A model generated the notes under the pieces. It had not been told where the DNA came from. It saw only the letters and a list, made by a program, of their open reading frames with translations, and did not search any database. This document shows, one piece after another, positions 19,374 through 28,212 of a stretch of 64,000 nucleotides of DNA. The position numbers and the translations under genes are program-made. Origin of the DNA: an uncultured Alphaproteobacteria bacterium (GTDB lineage Bacteria > Pseudomonadota > Alphaproteobacteria > RF32 > CAG-239); the NCBI GenBank assembly GCA_944393225.1, contig CALXZK010000006.1, positions 10,004-74,003 on the forward strand. Direction: 5' to 3'. Positions within the stretch are counted from its first letter, which is position 1. Each line of letters starts with the position of its first letter.

Positions 19374-20717
19374 ATGAACACCATTCGCCAAACGGCGGTA
19401 GAAATGCTAAAAAATGTGCTGGAAGACAAAAACTTTTTCAGCGAAGTAAAAACGGAACAAAGCCAATTGTCCGCACAAGATTCGGCTTTTGCCAACATGC
19501 TCATTTTAACCACCTTCAGACATCTGGTTTTCATCAAAAAAGTTTTGAAAAAATTTGTTAAGAAAAAACTTCCCGCTTCGGCAATCAACGGACAATATGC
19601 TCTATTTTTAGGCACATGCGAAATTTTATATCTTAACACACCGGACTATGCCGTTATCAACTCCTATGTTGAGGTCACGAAACACATGGCAGACAAATAC
19701 GTTGCCGGTTTTGTTAATGCGGTTTTGCGCAATATTTGCAAGCAAAAAGAAGAACTCAAAAAAGAAGAAACGAATGAGTTCTTTCCACCTGAATTTTTCC
19801 ATATTTTGAATCAAGATTACGGCAAAAAGACCATGCAAAAGATTCAAACCGCAGCCATGGTTGAACCCAAACTTGACATCACCGTCAAAAACAATGCCAA
19901 ACATTGGGCAGAAACTTTGGGCGGACAACTTCTGCCGTCAGATACGATTCGTTTGGAAAATAACGGCAAAATAACAGCTTTGCAAGGCTATGCAAACGGC
20001 GATTGGTGGGTTCAAGATTTTGCCGCCGCTTTGGCCGTTAAAGCTTTATCCGACATCAAAGACAAAAAAGTTTTGGATATGTGCGCCGCCCCAGGAGGCA
20101 AAACCGCTCAACTGATTAATAAGGGCGCTAAAGTTACGGCTTTAGATATATCCGCCGCACGCTTAAAAAAATTGCAAGAAAATCTGCAAAGATTACACTT
20201 TAACGCTGAAGTTGTTTGTGCCGATGCTCTTGAATATATTAAGGAGTATAAAGAAGAAGGCTATGATGCCGTTTTGTTAGATGCCCCCTGCTCTGCCACC
20301 GGCACGATTCGTCGCCACCCCGAGTTGGTTCATATCAAACGCCTGAAAGATGTTGAAAAGCAAGCCGAACTGCAAAAAGAGATTTTAGCGCAAACTCCAA
20401 AAATCTTAAAAGAAGGCGGTATCTTACTTTACTGCACCTGCTCCATTTCCAAATTAGAGGGTGAAAAGCAAATTGCTGCCTTTTTAGAAGCCAACCCGAC
20501 CTTCAAAATCGTTCCGATAACCTCACAAGAACTCTGCGGAACAGATGCTCTGAATGAAATCATCACTGATGAAGGTTTTATCCGCACTTTACCGCAACAT
20601 TTAGCAAACTATGGCGGTACCGATTCGTTTTTTGTTGCCCGATTGAAAAAAGGAAGCCTGAATGTTCTTCAAAAAAAATCACGTTCAAACCGAAAATATC
20701 AACATCACTACCGATGA
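19374..20717 (+). CDS. rsmB: RsmB/Sun RNA m5C methyltransferase with N-terminal NusB-like domain
   Basis: FVNAVLR, WWVQD, LDMCAAPGGKT, LLDAPCSATGTIRRHPE, YCTCS. Confidence 0.9.
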   Translation: MNTIRQTAVEMLKNVLEDKNFFSEVKTEQSQLSAQDSAFANMLILTTFRHLVFIKKVLKKFVKKKLPASAINGQYALFLGTCEILYLNTPDYAVINSYVEVTKHMADKYVAGFVNAVLRNICKQKEELKKEETNEFFPPEFFHILNQDYGKKTMQKIQTAAMVEPKLDITVKNNAKHWAETLGGQLLPSDTIRLENNGKITALQGYANGDWWVQDFAAALAVKALSDIKDKKVLDMCAAPGGKTAQLINKGAKVTALDISAARLKKLQENLQRLHFNAEVVCADALEYIKEYKEEGYDAVLLDAPCSATGTIRRHPELVHIKRLKDVEKQAELQKEILAQTPKILKEGGILLYCTCSISKLEGEKQIAAFLEANPTFKIVPITSQELCGTDALNEIITDEGFIRTLPQHLANYGGTDSFFVARLKKGSLNVLQKKSRSNRKYQHHYR

Positions 20718-21606
20718 AAAACCGATCTATGTTCTCGGCGATGATGATTTAGCCCTATTCTTAACGGCCAAGCTCCAAGAAAACGGTCAAAAAAGCATTT
20801 TGCTGACAACATCGGCACCGGCTCTCAAATACAAAAATATCGACATCAACTTAAAAGAAGAATACAACCTGCAAAAAAACGATATTCAACTGACAACAAC
20901 TTCATATGTCAGCCAAACGCCGACTGCCATTCTGATTGCCTGCAAAATAAACTCTTTCCGTGCACATTTAACACTTCTGCCCAAAATGCAAAATTTTGAT
21001 GCGCCCGTGGTTTATTTCAACCCCATGTCAGATCTGACGGAAATACAACCTTTATTCGGCTATTCTTTTTACAAAGCCTATTTCAACGGCTACTTAAGCC
21101 TTAACGGCTCAAACTTAACGGCAAGTGGCTTAATGCCGGAAATCATCGTTTCGGCAAAAAAAGAAAATGATGAAAAACTTGTCGTTGAACAAATTTTGTC
21201 ACTGACCGGTTTAAAAATATCCGTCCAAGAAAAAGATATTTGCAATTTTTGGAAAAACAATTCCGCCCGTCTTATCGGCTATTTGGCAACCATGCCCAAA
21301 CAACATATTACCGACCTTTTAAACACCAATGACGGCAAAGAACATCTTATGGCAGCTGCTCGCGAAATCTGCTCTCTTGCCAAATTTGAAAAAGTCAAAC
21401 TTTCCGGAGATGAAATCATTCGTGAATTGTTAGATACGCCACGCAATTTCTATTACAAAAAAAACAATTTTTCCAAAATTGAAAATGCCTCACAACTGGA
21501 AAAACTTTATAATATGTTAAGCGAAAAAGCTCGAACTTATAAATGTAAAATTCCCGAACTTAACCAAATGATAAAAGAAAATTACGAATATCTCTTAAAA
21601 AAATAG
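20662..21606 (+). CDS. Divergent ketopantoate-reductase (ApbA/PanE)-fold protein
   Basis: Size and spacing match ApbA (IYVLGDDDLALFLTAKL...ILIACK...C-terminal KARTYKCKIPEL), but the GxGxxG motif is absent. Confidence 0.5.
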   Translation: MFFKKNHVQTENINITTDEKPIYVLGDDDLALFLTAKLQENGQKSILLTTSAPALKYKNIDINLKEEYNLQKNDIQLTTTSYVSQTPTAILIACKINSFRAHLTLLPKMQNFDAPVVYFNPMSDLTEIQPLFGYSFYKAYFNGYLSLNGSNLTASGLMPEIIVSAKKENDEKLVVEQILSLTGLKISVQEKDICNFWKNNSARLIGYLATMPKQHITDLLNTNDGKEHLMAAAREICSLAKFEKVKLSGDEIIRELLDTPRNFYYKKNNFSKIENASQLEKLYNMLSEKARTYKCKIPELNQMIKENYEYLLKK

Positions 21607-21691
21607 GCACGGCATAATTTATGATTGATGCTTGAAGAAAACACAAAAACAAGATATAACATGGTTAATATAAAATTATGGGGCTTTTACC

Positions 21692-22768
21692 ATGACAAAT
21701 GAGTTCATTTTAACTTTAATTACTTTGGTTGCAGGTCTTTCTTTCGGTTTTACCGGTTTTTATGTTTATGCGCAAAAAGCACAAACATTAACTTCCGCAT
21801 TCTTGAAAAAAGAACTGGCTTTTGCCCCAATTTATATCAGCAGTGTCGCCCTCCTCACTCTTTTATACTTCATCACCCCGACGGAAGATGATTTCATTCA
21901 TAACTTTTCTGCCTTAGAATTGTTTATTCCGCTTTTGCTTGCCGGCATCTGCTATTTTCTGACCTTATTTGCCAAAACCGCAAAATTTATTAATATTTTT
22001 TTGATTTTGGCAACGGCTGTTTCGGTTTATTTTCTGCCTACCGATTTTTTGATGTTCGAAGGCTACCTCCCATTATGGGCTGACCGCCTCGTCATCATCT
22101 TGTTATGGTCTGTTTTTTCTTGTTTTTACTATATTTTGAATGGTGTTGACGGCATTTTACCGATTTTCAATGCCTCTTATCTGATTTGTTTAATGGTTCT
22201 TGCCTTGTTTGATGCCGCTCCCGTGCTTTACGGTTTAATCGGCTTAGCCTTGTTATGTATCAATAGCTCATTTATGGTTTATAACTGGTTTCCCTCACGC
22301 ATAAGCTTAAGCAACAATTCTTGCAAAATTTTTGGTTTTATGTTGGGCGGCATTATGACATTTGCCGGTTCAGAGAATTTGGCACCATGCTTTTCAGTTG
22401 TTTTAACTTTGTTTGCGATTGAACTTTTGCAAAGCATTTTCAAAAAACTTTCTTTGCGCGACCGCTATGCCGAATTAAACAACAACACTATTTGTTATCA
22501 GGCACACATCAGAGGTCTTACACCCGATCAAGTTTGCTTTGCCATTTTCAAAATTCAGATTTTATTTATAATTTTAGGCAGTTTTCAAGCCTATCTTCCC
22601 AACAACTATTCTTTACCGATTGCCTCTTTAATCTTAGCGACATGGTTCTTAAACAAGCTCAAAAATTGGGATGAACCGATACAAAGCCTAAAAGAAATCA
22701 ATCAAGAATTTGTAAAAGACTTGCGCCAAAACATCAATGACATAAAAAACACCTTAAACAGAGATTAG
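21692..22768 (+). CDS. Divergent MraY/WecA (polyprenyl-phosphate HexNAc-1-P transferase)-like membrane protein
   Basis: Multi-TM; LNGVDG and FMVYNWFPSRI resemble the DGxDG and FNxxPAxIF family motifs. Confidence 0.6.
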   Translation: MTNEFILTLITLVAGLSFGFTGFYVYAQKAQTLTSAFLKKELAFAPIYISSVALLTLLYFITPTEDDFIHNFSALELFIPLLLAGICYFLTLFAKTAKFINIFLILATAVSVYFLPTDFLMFEGYLPLWADRLVIILLWSVFSCFYYILNGVDGILPIFNASYLICLMVLALFDAAPVLYGLIGLALLCINSSFMVYNWFPSRISLSNNSCKIFGFMLGGIMTFAGSENLAPCFSVVLTLFAIELLQSIFKKLSLRDRYAELNNNTICYQAHIRGLTPDQVCFAIFKIQILFIILGSFQAYLPNNYSLPIASLILATWFLNKLKNWDEPIQSLKEINQEFVKDLRQNINDIKNTLNRD

Positions 22769-22769
22769 C

Positions 22770-24137
22770 ATGAACTTATTGAACAAAATAAAACAAATGT
22801 TTTTCTCATCCGGTTCCAAACAAGATGAACCGGAGTTTGTTTTTGACATCAATAATCTGATAAAATTCAAAGTTGTTGTCATTGAGTTTTCCGACAATGT
22901 AGAAAGCCGAAGCGGTGAAATCATCGCCAAAAAGCTCCAACAACAAGAAGGATTGGAAGTTTCTTACTTTGATGATCCTTTCCCCAAAAACTTTCTCAAT
23001 TTAGATAATCGCACCCTGTTTGACCTAATTGACAGAGGTCTTAACATCATTGACCATACACATGCCGATGTTTTAATTTGGGGTTATCGCGAAGGTGATA
23101 AAATCCGCATCAATTTTCAAAATGCCAAACAATATGAAAAAGATGACAATGCGTTCATCTCTTTAATGGATAGTTTTTACATTCCGGCAGATTTGAGCAG
23201 TTCCGAGGTTGATTTCCCCACTGCTTTAAACAACCTGATTTACGGCGGTGTAATCAGTGCCATCAACCCGCACAATAAAGAAACACAAATTCAAAAGAAA
23301 TTCCTTTTGAAAAAAATCATCAACAGTTTATCAAAAGACAATTCCGCAAAATCATTGTCCATTGAATATATGCCCTATATCATGAATTTGCTTGGCATCA
23401 TTTATTTGAGTTATGCCTATGACCGAGGCGATGGTAAAGATTATAAAATTGTCAAAAACTTGTTTGATACGGCACTAAATCATCAAGATTTAATCAAAAA
23501 CCCCATTCACCTTGGCTGCATCTACAACCACTTGGGACAACTTTATGATGCCTCAAGCGAATATTCCGCTAAACGTCCTATAAACCATCTGCGTAACGCC
23601 ATCAGCTACTTCAGACAAGCACAAAAATATTTAACCAAGTACAATTATCCCTACGATTATGGTTATATATCTTATCGCCTATCGCAGTTATTCTACACTT
23701 ACTGGCGACAGAAAGATGATATTCAGGCCCTGCGCGATGCTGCTTTCCAATTACGTGAAGCCGAAAAAATTTATACCTATGCTCTTTTCCCCGAATTTTG
23801 GGCAAATATCCAAGGCGAGCTGGCTCACATGTTGTCTTTACTCGGAAACTTCAGCAATAGTGAAGAGCTTTGCGAATTGGCTATTGCCGCTTATAAAAAT
23901 CGTCAAAAAGTAATAACCGAAAAAAGAGACCCGCTGGAATGGGCTAATATTCAAACCCGCATCGGTGAAATTTACTATCGCTTAGGCAAAAACGGTGAAG
24001 ACAAATCTTTGCTGGAAGAAGCTTTGGAATATTTTCACGATGCTTTATATGTATATGAAGATAAACAAATGGCTGAAGAAGCCAAAAAAGTTTCAACAGA
24101 CATAGCCAAAGCCAGCCATAGCCTCAATTTTTTGTGA
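22770..24137 (+). CDS. Tetratricopeptide-repeat protein
   Basis: Repeated helical motifs such as WANIQxxLxxxxxxLG and AIAAYK / ALEYFHDAL. Confidence 0.75.
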   Translation: MNLLNKIKQMFFSSGSKQDEPEFVFDINNLIKFKVVVIEFSDNVESRSGEIIAKKLQQQEGLEVSYFDDPFPKNFLNLDNRTLFDLIDRGLNIIDHTHADVLIWGYREGDKIRINFQNAKQYEKDDNAFISLMDSFYIPADLSSSEVDFPTALNNLIYGGVISAINPHNKETQIQKKFLLKKIINSLSKDNSAKSLSIEYMPYIMNLLGIIYLSYAYDRGDGKDYKIVKNLFDTALNHQDLIKNPIHLGCIYNHLGQLYDASSEYSAKRPINHLRNAISYFRQAQKYLTKYNYPYDYGYISYRLSQLFYTYWRQKDDIQALRDAAFQLREAEKIYTYALFPEFWANIQGELAHMLSLLGNFSNSEELCELAIAAYKNRQKVITEKRDPLEWANIQTRIGEIYYRLGKNGEDKSLLEEALEYFHDALYVYEDKQMAEEAKKVSTDIAKASHSLNFL

Positions 24138-24144
24138 GGAGAAG

Positions 24145-24609
24145 ATGATTTTTCGCTCAATCATGAACACCCCTTGCGGAAACATCTTGCTTGAAGCCGA
24201 AAACGACCAATTAATCGGTTGCCGATTTATTTTTGCTTCATCAACCACAAATACCAATCAAGAAACCCCATTCTTACAAAATGTAAAAAAACAATTGGAA
24301 GAATATTTTTCCGGCACAAGAAAATCTTTTGATATTAAATTAGCTCCCGCAGGAACCGCTTTTCAACAAAGCGTATGGCAAGCCTTGCAAAAAATCCCTT
24401 ACGGACAAACAGCGAGTTATAAAGATATTGCTGAAAAAATTCATAATTCCAAAGCCTTCCGCGCCGTTGGTATGGCAAATAACAAAAACCCCATAGCCAT
24501 AATCATTCCTTGTCACCGCGTTATTGGAAGCAACGGCAAGTTAGTGGGCTATGCCGGAGGCTTAGATTTGAAACAACAACTTTTAGAATTAGAACAAAAT
24601 AACCTATAA
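24145..24609 (+). CDS. ogt: Methylated-DNA--protein-cysteine methyltransferase
   Basis: GTAFQQSVW, IPYG, RAVGMAN, active-site IPCHRV, GYAGG. Confidence 0.95.
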   Translation: MIFRSIMNTPCGNILLEAENDQLIGCRFIFASSTTNTNQETPFLQNVKKQLEEYFSGTRKSFDIKLAPAGTAFQQSVWQALQKIPYGQTASYKDIAEKIHNSKAFRAVGMANNKNPIAIIIPCHRVIGSNGKLVGYAGGLDLKQQLLELEQNNL

Positions 24610-24619
24610 GAGAAAAAAT

Positions 24620-24961
24620 ATGAGACAATTTTATCCGTTAATTCTTTTAACCATATCAAACGTATTCATGACTTTTGCCTGGTACGGACACCTCAAGTTC
24701 AAATCCACGGCATTATGGATTGTCATCTTAGCCAGCTGGGGCATTGCTTTTTTTGAATATATTTTTCAAGTTCCGGCAAACCGTATCGGACACGAGTTTT
24801 TTAGTGCCGCCCAATTAAAAATCATGCAAGAAGCCATCACCATCATTGTCTTTTGCATATTTTCAATTCTGTATCTAAAAGAAGACTTAAAATGGAACTA
24901 TCTTGTCGGCTTTGCCTTGATTTTACTCGCCGTCTTTTTTGTATTCAAAAAGTGGAATTGA
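24620..24961 (+). CDS. DMT family small membrane protein (DUF486-like)
   Basis: SNVFMTFAWYGHLK...SWGIAFFEY...VPANRIG...QLKIMQE. Confidence 0.9.
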   Translation: MRQFYPLILLTISNVFMTFAWYGHLKFKSTALWIVILASWGIAFFEYIFQVPANRIGHEFFSAAQLKIMQEAITIIVFCIFSILYLKEDLKWNYLVGFALILLAVFFVFKKWN

Positions 24962-25002
24962 AATACCCAAGGGTCCTAGGCTCCAATTCCACTCTCCTCA
25001 AC

Positions 25003-25031
25003 AAAAAAAGCCCGCTTTTGCAGGCTTTTTT
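25003..25031. terminator. Bidirectional terminator, probably the original tRNA-Ser terminator displaced by the island
   Basis: AAAAAAGCC-CGC-TTTT-GCA-GGCTTTTTT directly adjacent to the displaced tRNA 3' end. Confidence 0.7.
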
Positions 25032-25032
25032 A

Positions 25033-25040
25033 TGGCGGAG
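25033..25040 (-). repeat. att-site direct repeat (displaced tRNA-Ser 3' end CTCCGCCA)
   Basis: Identical to 46924-46931; only 8 bp, but placed exactly between a terminator and the first island sequence. Confidence 0.7.
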
Positions 25041-25086
25041 TAGTAAATCTCAACGGTATTAAGCATACTAAATCAAAAACACTCCA

Positions 25087-25224
25087 ATCCCAAATAACAG
25101 GGAATCTACAGGGAATTTCACTACGATTCTCTCCTCCATACCATCATGTTTACCTTGAATTACTTAGCTTACAAAAAAATCCCTCCCCAAATTATCAGGG
25201 AATTTAAAATTAAATACAGGGATA
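25087..25224 (+). repeat. Cluster of CAGGGA motifs at the island end
   Basis: ACAGGGAAT at 25097-25105 and 25108-25116, CAGGGAAT at 25196-25203, ACAGGGA at 25216-25222; inverted ATCCC half-sites at 25087 and 25179. Confidence 0.7.
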
Positions 25225-25303
25225 AGTATGTTTGTTTTTTTAATTCTTTTTTATATATTTCATAATATGACTATGTAAATAACTAACATTTTTTTATAAG
25301 CAA

Positions 25304-25909
25304 ATGAATGAAAAACATCTTAAATGTGCATTAATTGATTATCTTATGGAAAATTATCCAACGGCTCTTTTAATTGGCGTTGAAATTCCTTTTATCTCAA
25401 TGAGAAGACGAGTAGATGTTTTGATGATTACTGAAGAAAAACAATTAATTGCTTTTGAAATAAAGAGTGATCAAGACAATCTAACTCGTCTTAATGGGCA
25501 AATATCAGATTATAAAAAAACTTTTGATAAATTATATATTGTAACATCTAACAAATATAAAAATATTTGCAAAATGATACCTAATGGCATAGGTTGCCTT
25601 TATTGTAATGATCAAACTATAAAAATTCTTAGAGAATCCAAAACAATAAAACGCCTATCTAAAAAAAACTTATCATTTTTCATTCAGCAAAGTGATTTCC
25701 AGATGATGGGGTATAAAAATTTATCTATAATTGATGCAAGAAAAAAAATTATTAATTCCACTACTACTGATTTATTACGCAATTTTGCTATAAACAGTAT
25801 TTTAAAAAGATATTCAAAAAGATTTACACTTTTTAAGAAATATAAAGAAACAAAAACGTCTATCTCTGATCTTGATTATCTAACAAAGTCATTTGAACTT
25901 CATCTTTAA
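25304..25909 (+). CDS. sce7726/MmcB-like PD-(D/E)XK nuclease-fold protein
   Basis: E...RRVDVL...IAFEIKSDQDNLTRLNGQISDYKKTFDKLYIV. Confidence 0.75.
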   Translation: MNEKHLKCALIDYLMENYPTALLIGVEIPFISMRRRVDVLMITEEKQLIAFEIKSDQDNLTRLNGQISDYKKTFDKLYIVTSNKYKNICKMIPNGIGCLYCNDQTIKILRESKTIKRLSKKNLSFFIQQSDFQMMGYKNLSIIDARKKIINSTTTDLLRNFAINSILKRYSKRFTLFKKYKETKTSISDLDYLTKSFELHL

Positions 25910-26960
25910 ATTCAACAACATTTCTGCTTATATACGAATTTACTCTACAAGATATCCAATGAGATGGATTACTACCATTGGGATTTCCTTTAGATGCTAT
26001 ATTTATTTCATCATCCGCCCAAACTTGAAATTCTTTAATTGGTATATAGTTTTTGTCTTGAATAGTCATTTGTGCAGCAACTACATACCCTCCATCTTCC
26101 CGACGAAAGCGGTAATAATAAGCAAAACGATCATCAAAAAAATCTATTCTTGGAATCCATTGGCCTCCCGCTGTATCATATCTGATAGGGTGGACTGATG
26201 CATAATCAGATGGATAAATATTTATAAATTGTCCATATCGTTGCTTCAGCGAAATAAAAGTACTTTTTTCTAGACGGAGAAAATGCCCATATTTATCATT
26301 TCCATATTTAGTTACAGAATCAGGAAAACAAGAAAAAGCACACAATACTCCTAAAAATTTTTTATAACCAAAAACGCTAATTAGGTTTTGAAGTGTAGAA
26401 TCAAATACTTCTGAAGCATCTGAAGCAAATCTTCTACAATCAATAAATTTAGCATCGAGTATCAAGATTACATTAGAAAGAGAACAACTTTTTTGAATTT
26501 CTTGCAAATAACTTATGATATCTGGATCATCAATATCAACACGAAATGCTAAGTATTTAGAAATTTTTTGAAGTTCAGTGATTTCTGTTGCTACATCATC
26601 TAAAAAATACGGATTATAATGAATTACAGGAATGACTTTCAAATTTTTGTTCTTAAGCTCTGTTATTAAATTAATCCACTCTGGAAATCCACCTTTAGGA
26701 GAATTCAAAATATTTTTGATTTGATCATTTGTAAGCTGGGAATCTATAGAGAGATCCAAAATAAAAGGAGAATCTTTACACAATTCTTCTATTTTATCTA
26801 ATCTCTTATATATAGAACGATCAACATTTTTTGAACTTTTCCTTGACCTGGTTAATTCAAAAATTGGCAATATTTTTTCTTTTACATAAATATCTAAATG
26901 TTCGTACGCTTTCAATTCTGCATCTGTAGTTTTCAAAATTGGAAAATAAACATATCCCAT
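25860..26960 (-). CDS. Beta family protein (P4 beta / sce7725-like)
   Basis: N-terminal YFPILKTTDAELKAY...ILPIFEL, IPVI, SDYASVHP, PRIDF, YYYR, C-terminal WISCRVNSYI; 366 aa. Confidence 0.7.
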   Translation of the reverse strand: MGYVYFPILKTTDAELKAYEHLDIYVKEKILPIFELTRSRKSSKNVDRSIYKRLDKIEELCKDSPFILDLSIDSQLTNDQIKNILNSPKGGFPEWINLITELKNKNLKVIPVIHYNPYFLDDVATEITELQKISKYLAFRVDIDDPDIISYLQEIQKSCSLSNVILILDAKFIDCRRFASDASEVFDSTLQNLISVFGYKKFLGVLCAFSCFPDSVTKYGNDKYGHFLRLEKSTFISLKQRYGQFINIYPSDYASVHPIRYDTAGGQWIPRIDFFDDRFAYYYRFRREDGGYVVAAQMTIQDKNYIPIKEFQVWADDEINIASKGNPNGSNPSHWISCRVNSYISRNVVEFKDEVQMTLLDNQDQR

Positions 26961-26961
26961 A

Positions 26962-27522
26962 TTAATATCCTTTTAAATATCCTAGCTTATAAGCTCTATA
27001 ACGTACTGCTGCAGGCGAGACATTAAAATAATGAGCGATTTCTTCAATTTGATTTATTCCCTTTTTTATTATGTCGTTAAACTCATCTGCAGGCATCAAT
27101 AATTCTGCTGCAAATGTATTCGCCATTCGTTCAATTTTATCTGTAGAAGTATTCTCTCTAAAAAGAATAAAATCATTATGTTTCCCTCTTTCTTCTATTA
27201 ATTCTCTATCAAACAAGAGATGGCCAAGTTCATGAGCTGCTGTAAAACGCTGTCTGGTTTCATTTTGATATTTATTTATACCTATTGTCCATTCATCTTT
27301 TAATTCAATATAACCGGAAATATCTTCCATATCTTCATATATAATGGAGATATTATGCATTTTTAAATATGTAATAATATCGAATGGTATTGTTTCAACA
27401 CCCAAAGACTGAGCATATTTATAAATATCCTCAACATTTGTATATGAAAATATATCATTTTTGAAAAAATTACTTGTAGTTTTTTCTATCAATTTATATG
27501 GATTATTTCGCATCACAACCAT
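26962..27522 (-). CDS. ImmA/IrrE family zinc metallopeptidase (no N-terminal HTH)
   Basis: RQRFTAAHELGH (HExxH), ERMANTFAAELLMP, IAHYFNVS. Confidence 0.93.
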   Translation of the reverse strand: MVVMRNNPYKLIEKTTSNFFKNDIFSYTNVEDIYKYAQSLGVETIPFDIITYLKMHNISIIYEDMEDISGYIELKDEWTIGINKYQNETRQRFTAAHELGHLLFDRELIEERGKHNDFILFRENTSTDKIERMANTFAAELLMPADEFNDIIKKGINQIEEIAHYFNVSPAAVRYRAYKLGYLKGY

Positions 27523-27524
27523 TG

Positions 27525-28103
27525 TTATTCTTCCGGTATTGATATTACATCATCTTCATATGTTTTAGAGTTTTGTATACGCTCTAGTTGATTTTCTAAT
27601 CTTTCAATTTTCCTATTTATATCTTCAACTTGCGTTCCCTCTAAAGCCTCATCGACTCTCGCTCCAACTTTATTAGAAAATTTTACAGACTGAGTGTAAA
27701 TTTCAAAGTGATTATTAACTTCCTTTTCAATAAATTGTTTATTTTTTTCAAATTCTTCTTTTCCTAATGATCGAATATGGATATATCCTAATAAACCAGA
27801 AAGACCTATAAAAATACTTAAAATTGTAATAATTACAGTGTAAAAAGAACTTAACTCGGATATAATATCCGATAGAGGTACAATCTTATTTTTATTAACT
27901 AAATCTGCAATTACTTTTGTATCAGAAGGAATCTTTGTATTATTACAAACTATAATATGTTTATCATAAAAATCTAACAATGGTTCTTTAAATACAACAA
28001 AAAAAATAGATATAAAAAATATCACTACAACCAAAAAACCCAAAGCTCTTAACATCCCATCAATAAAGTAAGAGCATCTACATTTTCTATTATCTTTTTC
28101 CAT
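27525..28103 (-). CDS. Hypothetical two-TM membrane protein with coiled-coil C-terminus
   Basis: Two hydrophobic segments; GAGG SD; 2-bp gap to the peptidase gene. Confidence 0.7.
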   Translation of the reverse strand: MEKDNRKCRCSYFIDGMLRALGFLVVVIFFISIFFVVFKEPLLDFYDKHIIVCNNTKIPSDTKVIADLVNKNKIVPLSDIISELSSFYTVIITILSIFIGLSGLLGYIHIRSLGKEEFEKNKQFIEKEVNNHFEIYTQSVKFSNKVGARVDEALEGTQVEDINRKIERLENQLERIQNSKTYEDDVISIPEE

Positions 28104-28212
28104 AAAAAAACCTCTTGTTGTAATAAAATATTAATCTTAAAATCTCAAAATTCAATATAATTTTATACCTTATATACTCTCATCAAAAATCAATAAAACA
28201 GCCATCTCTTCA

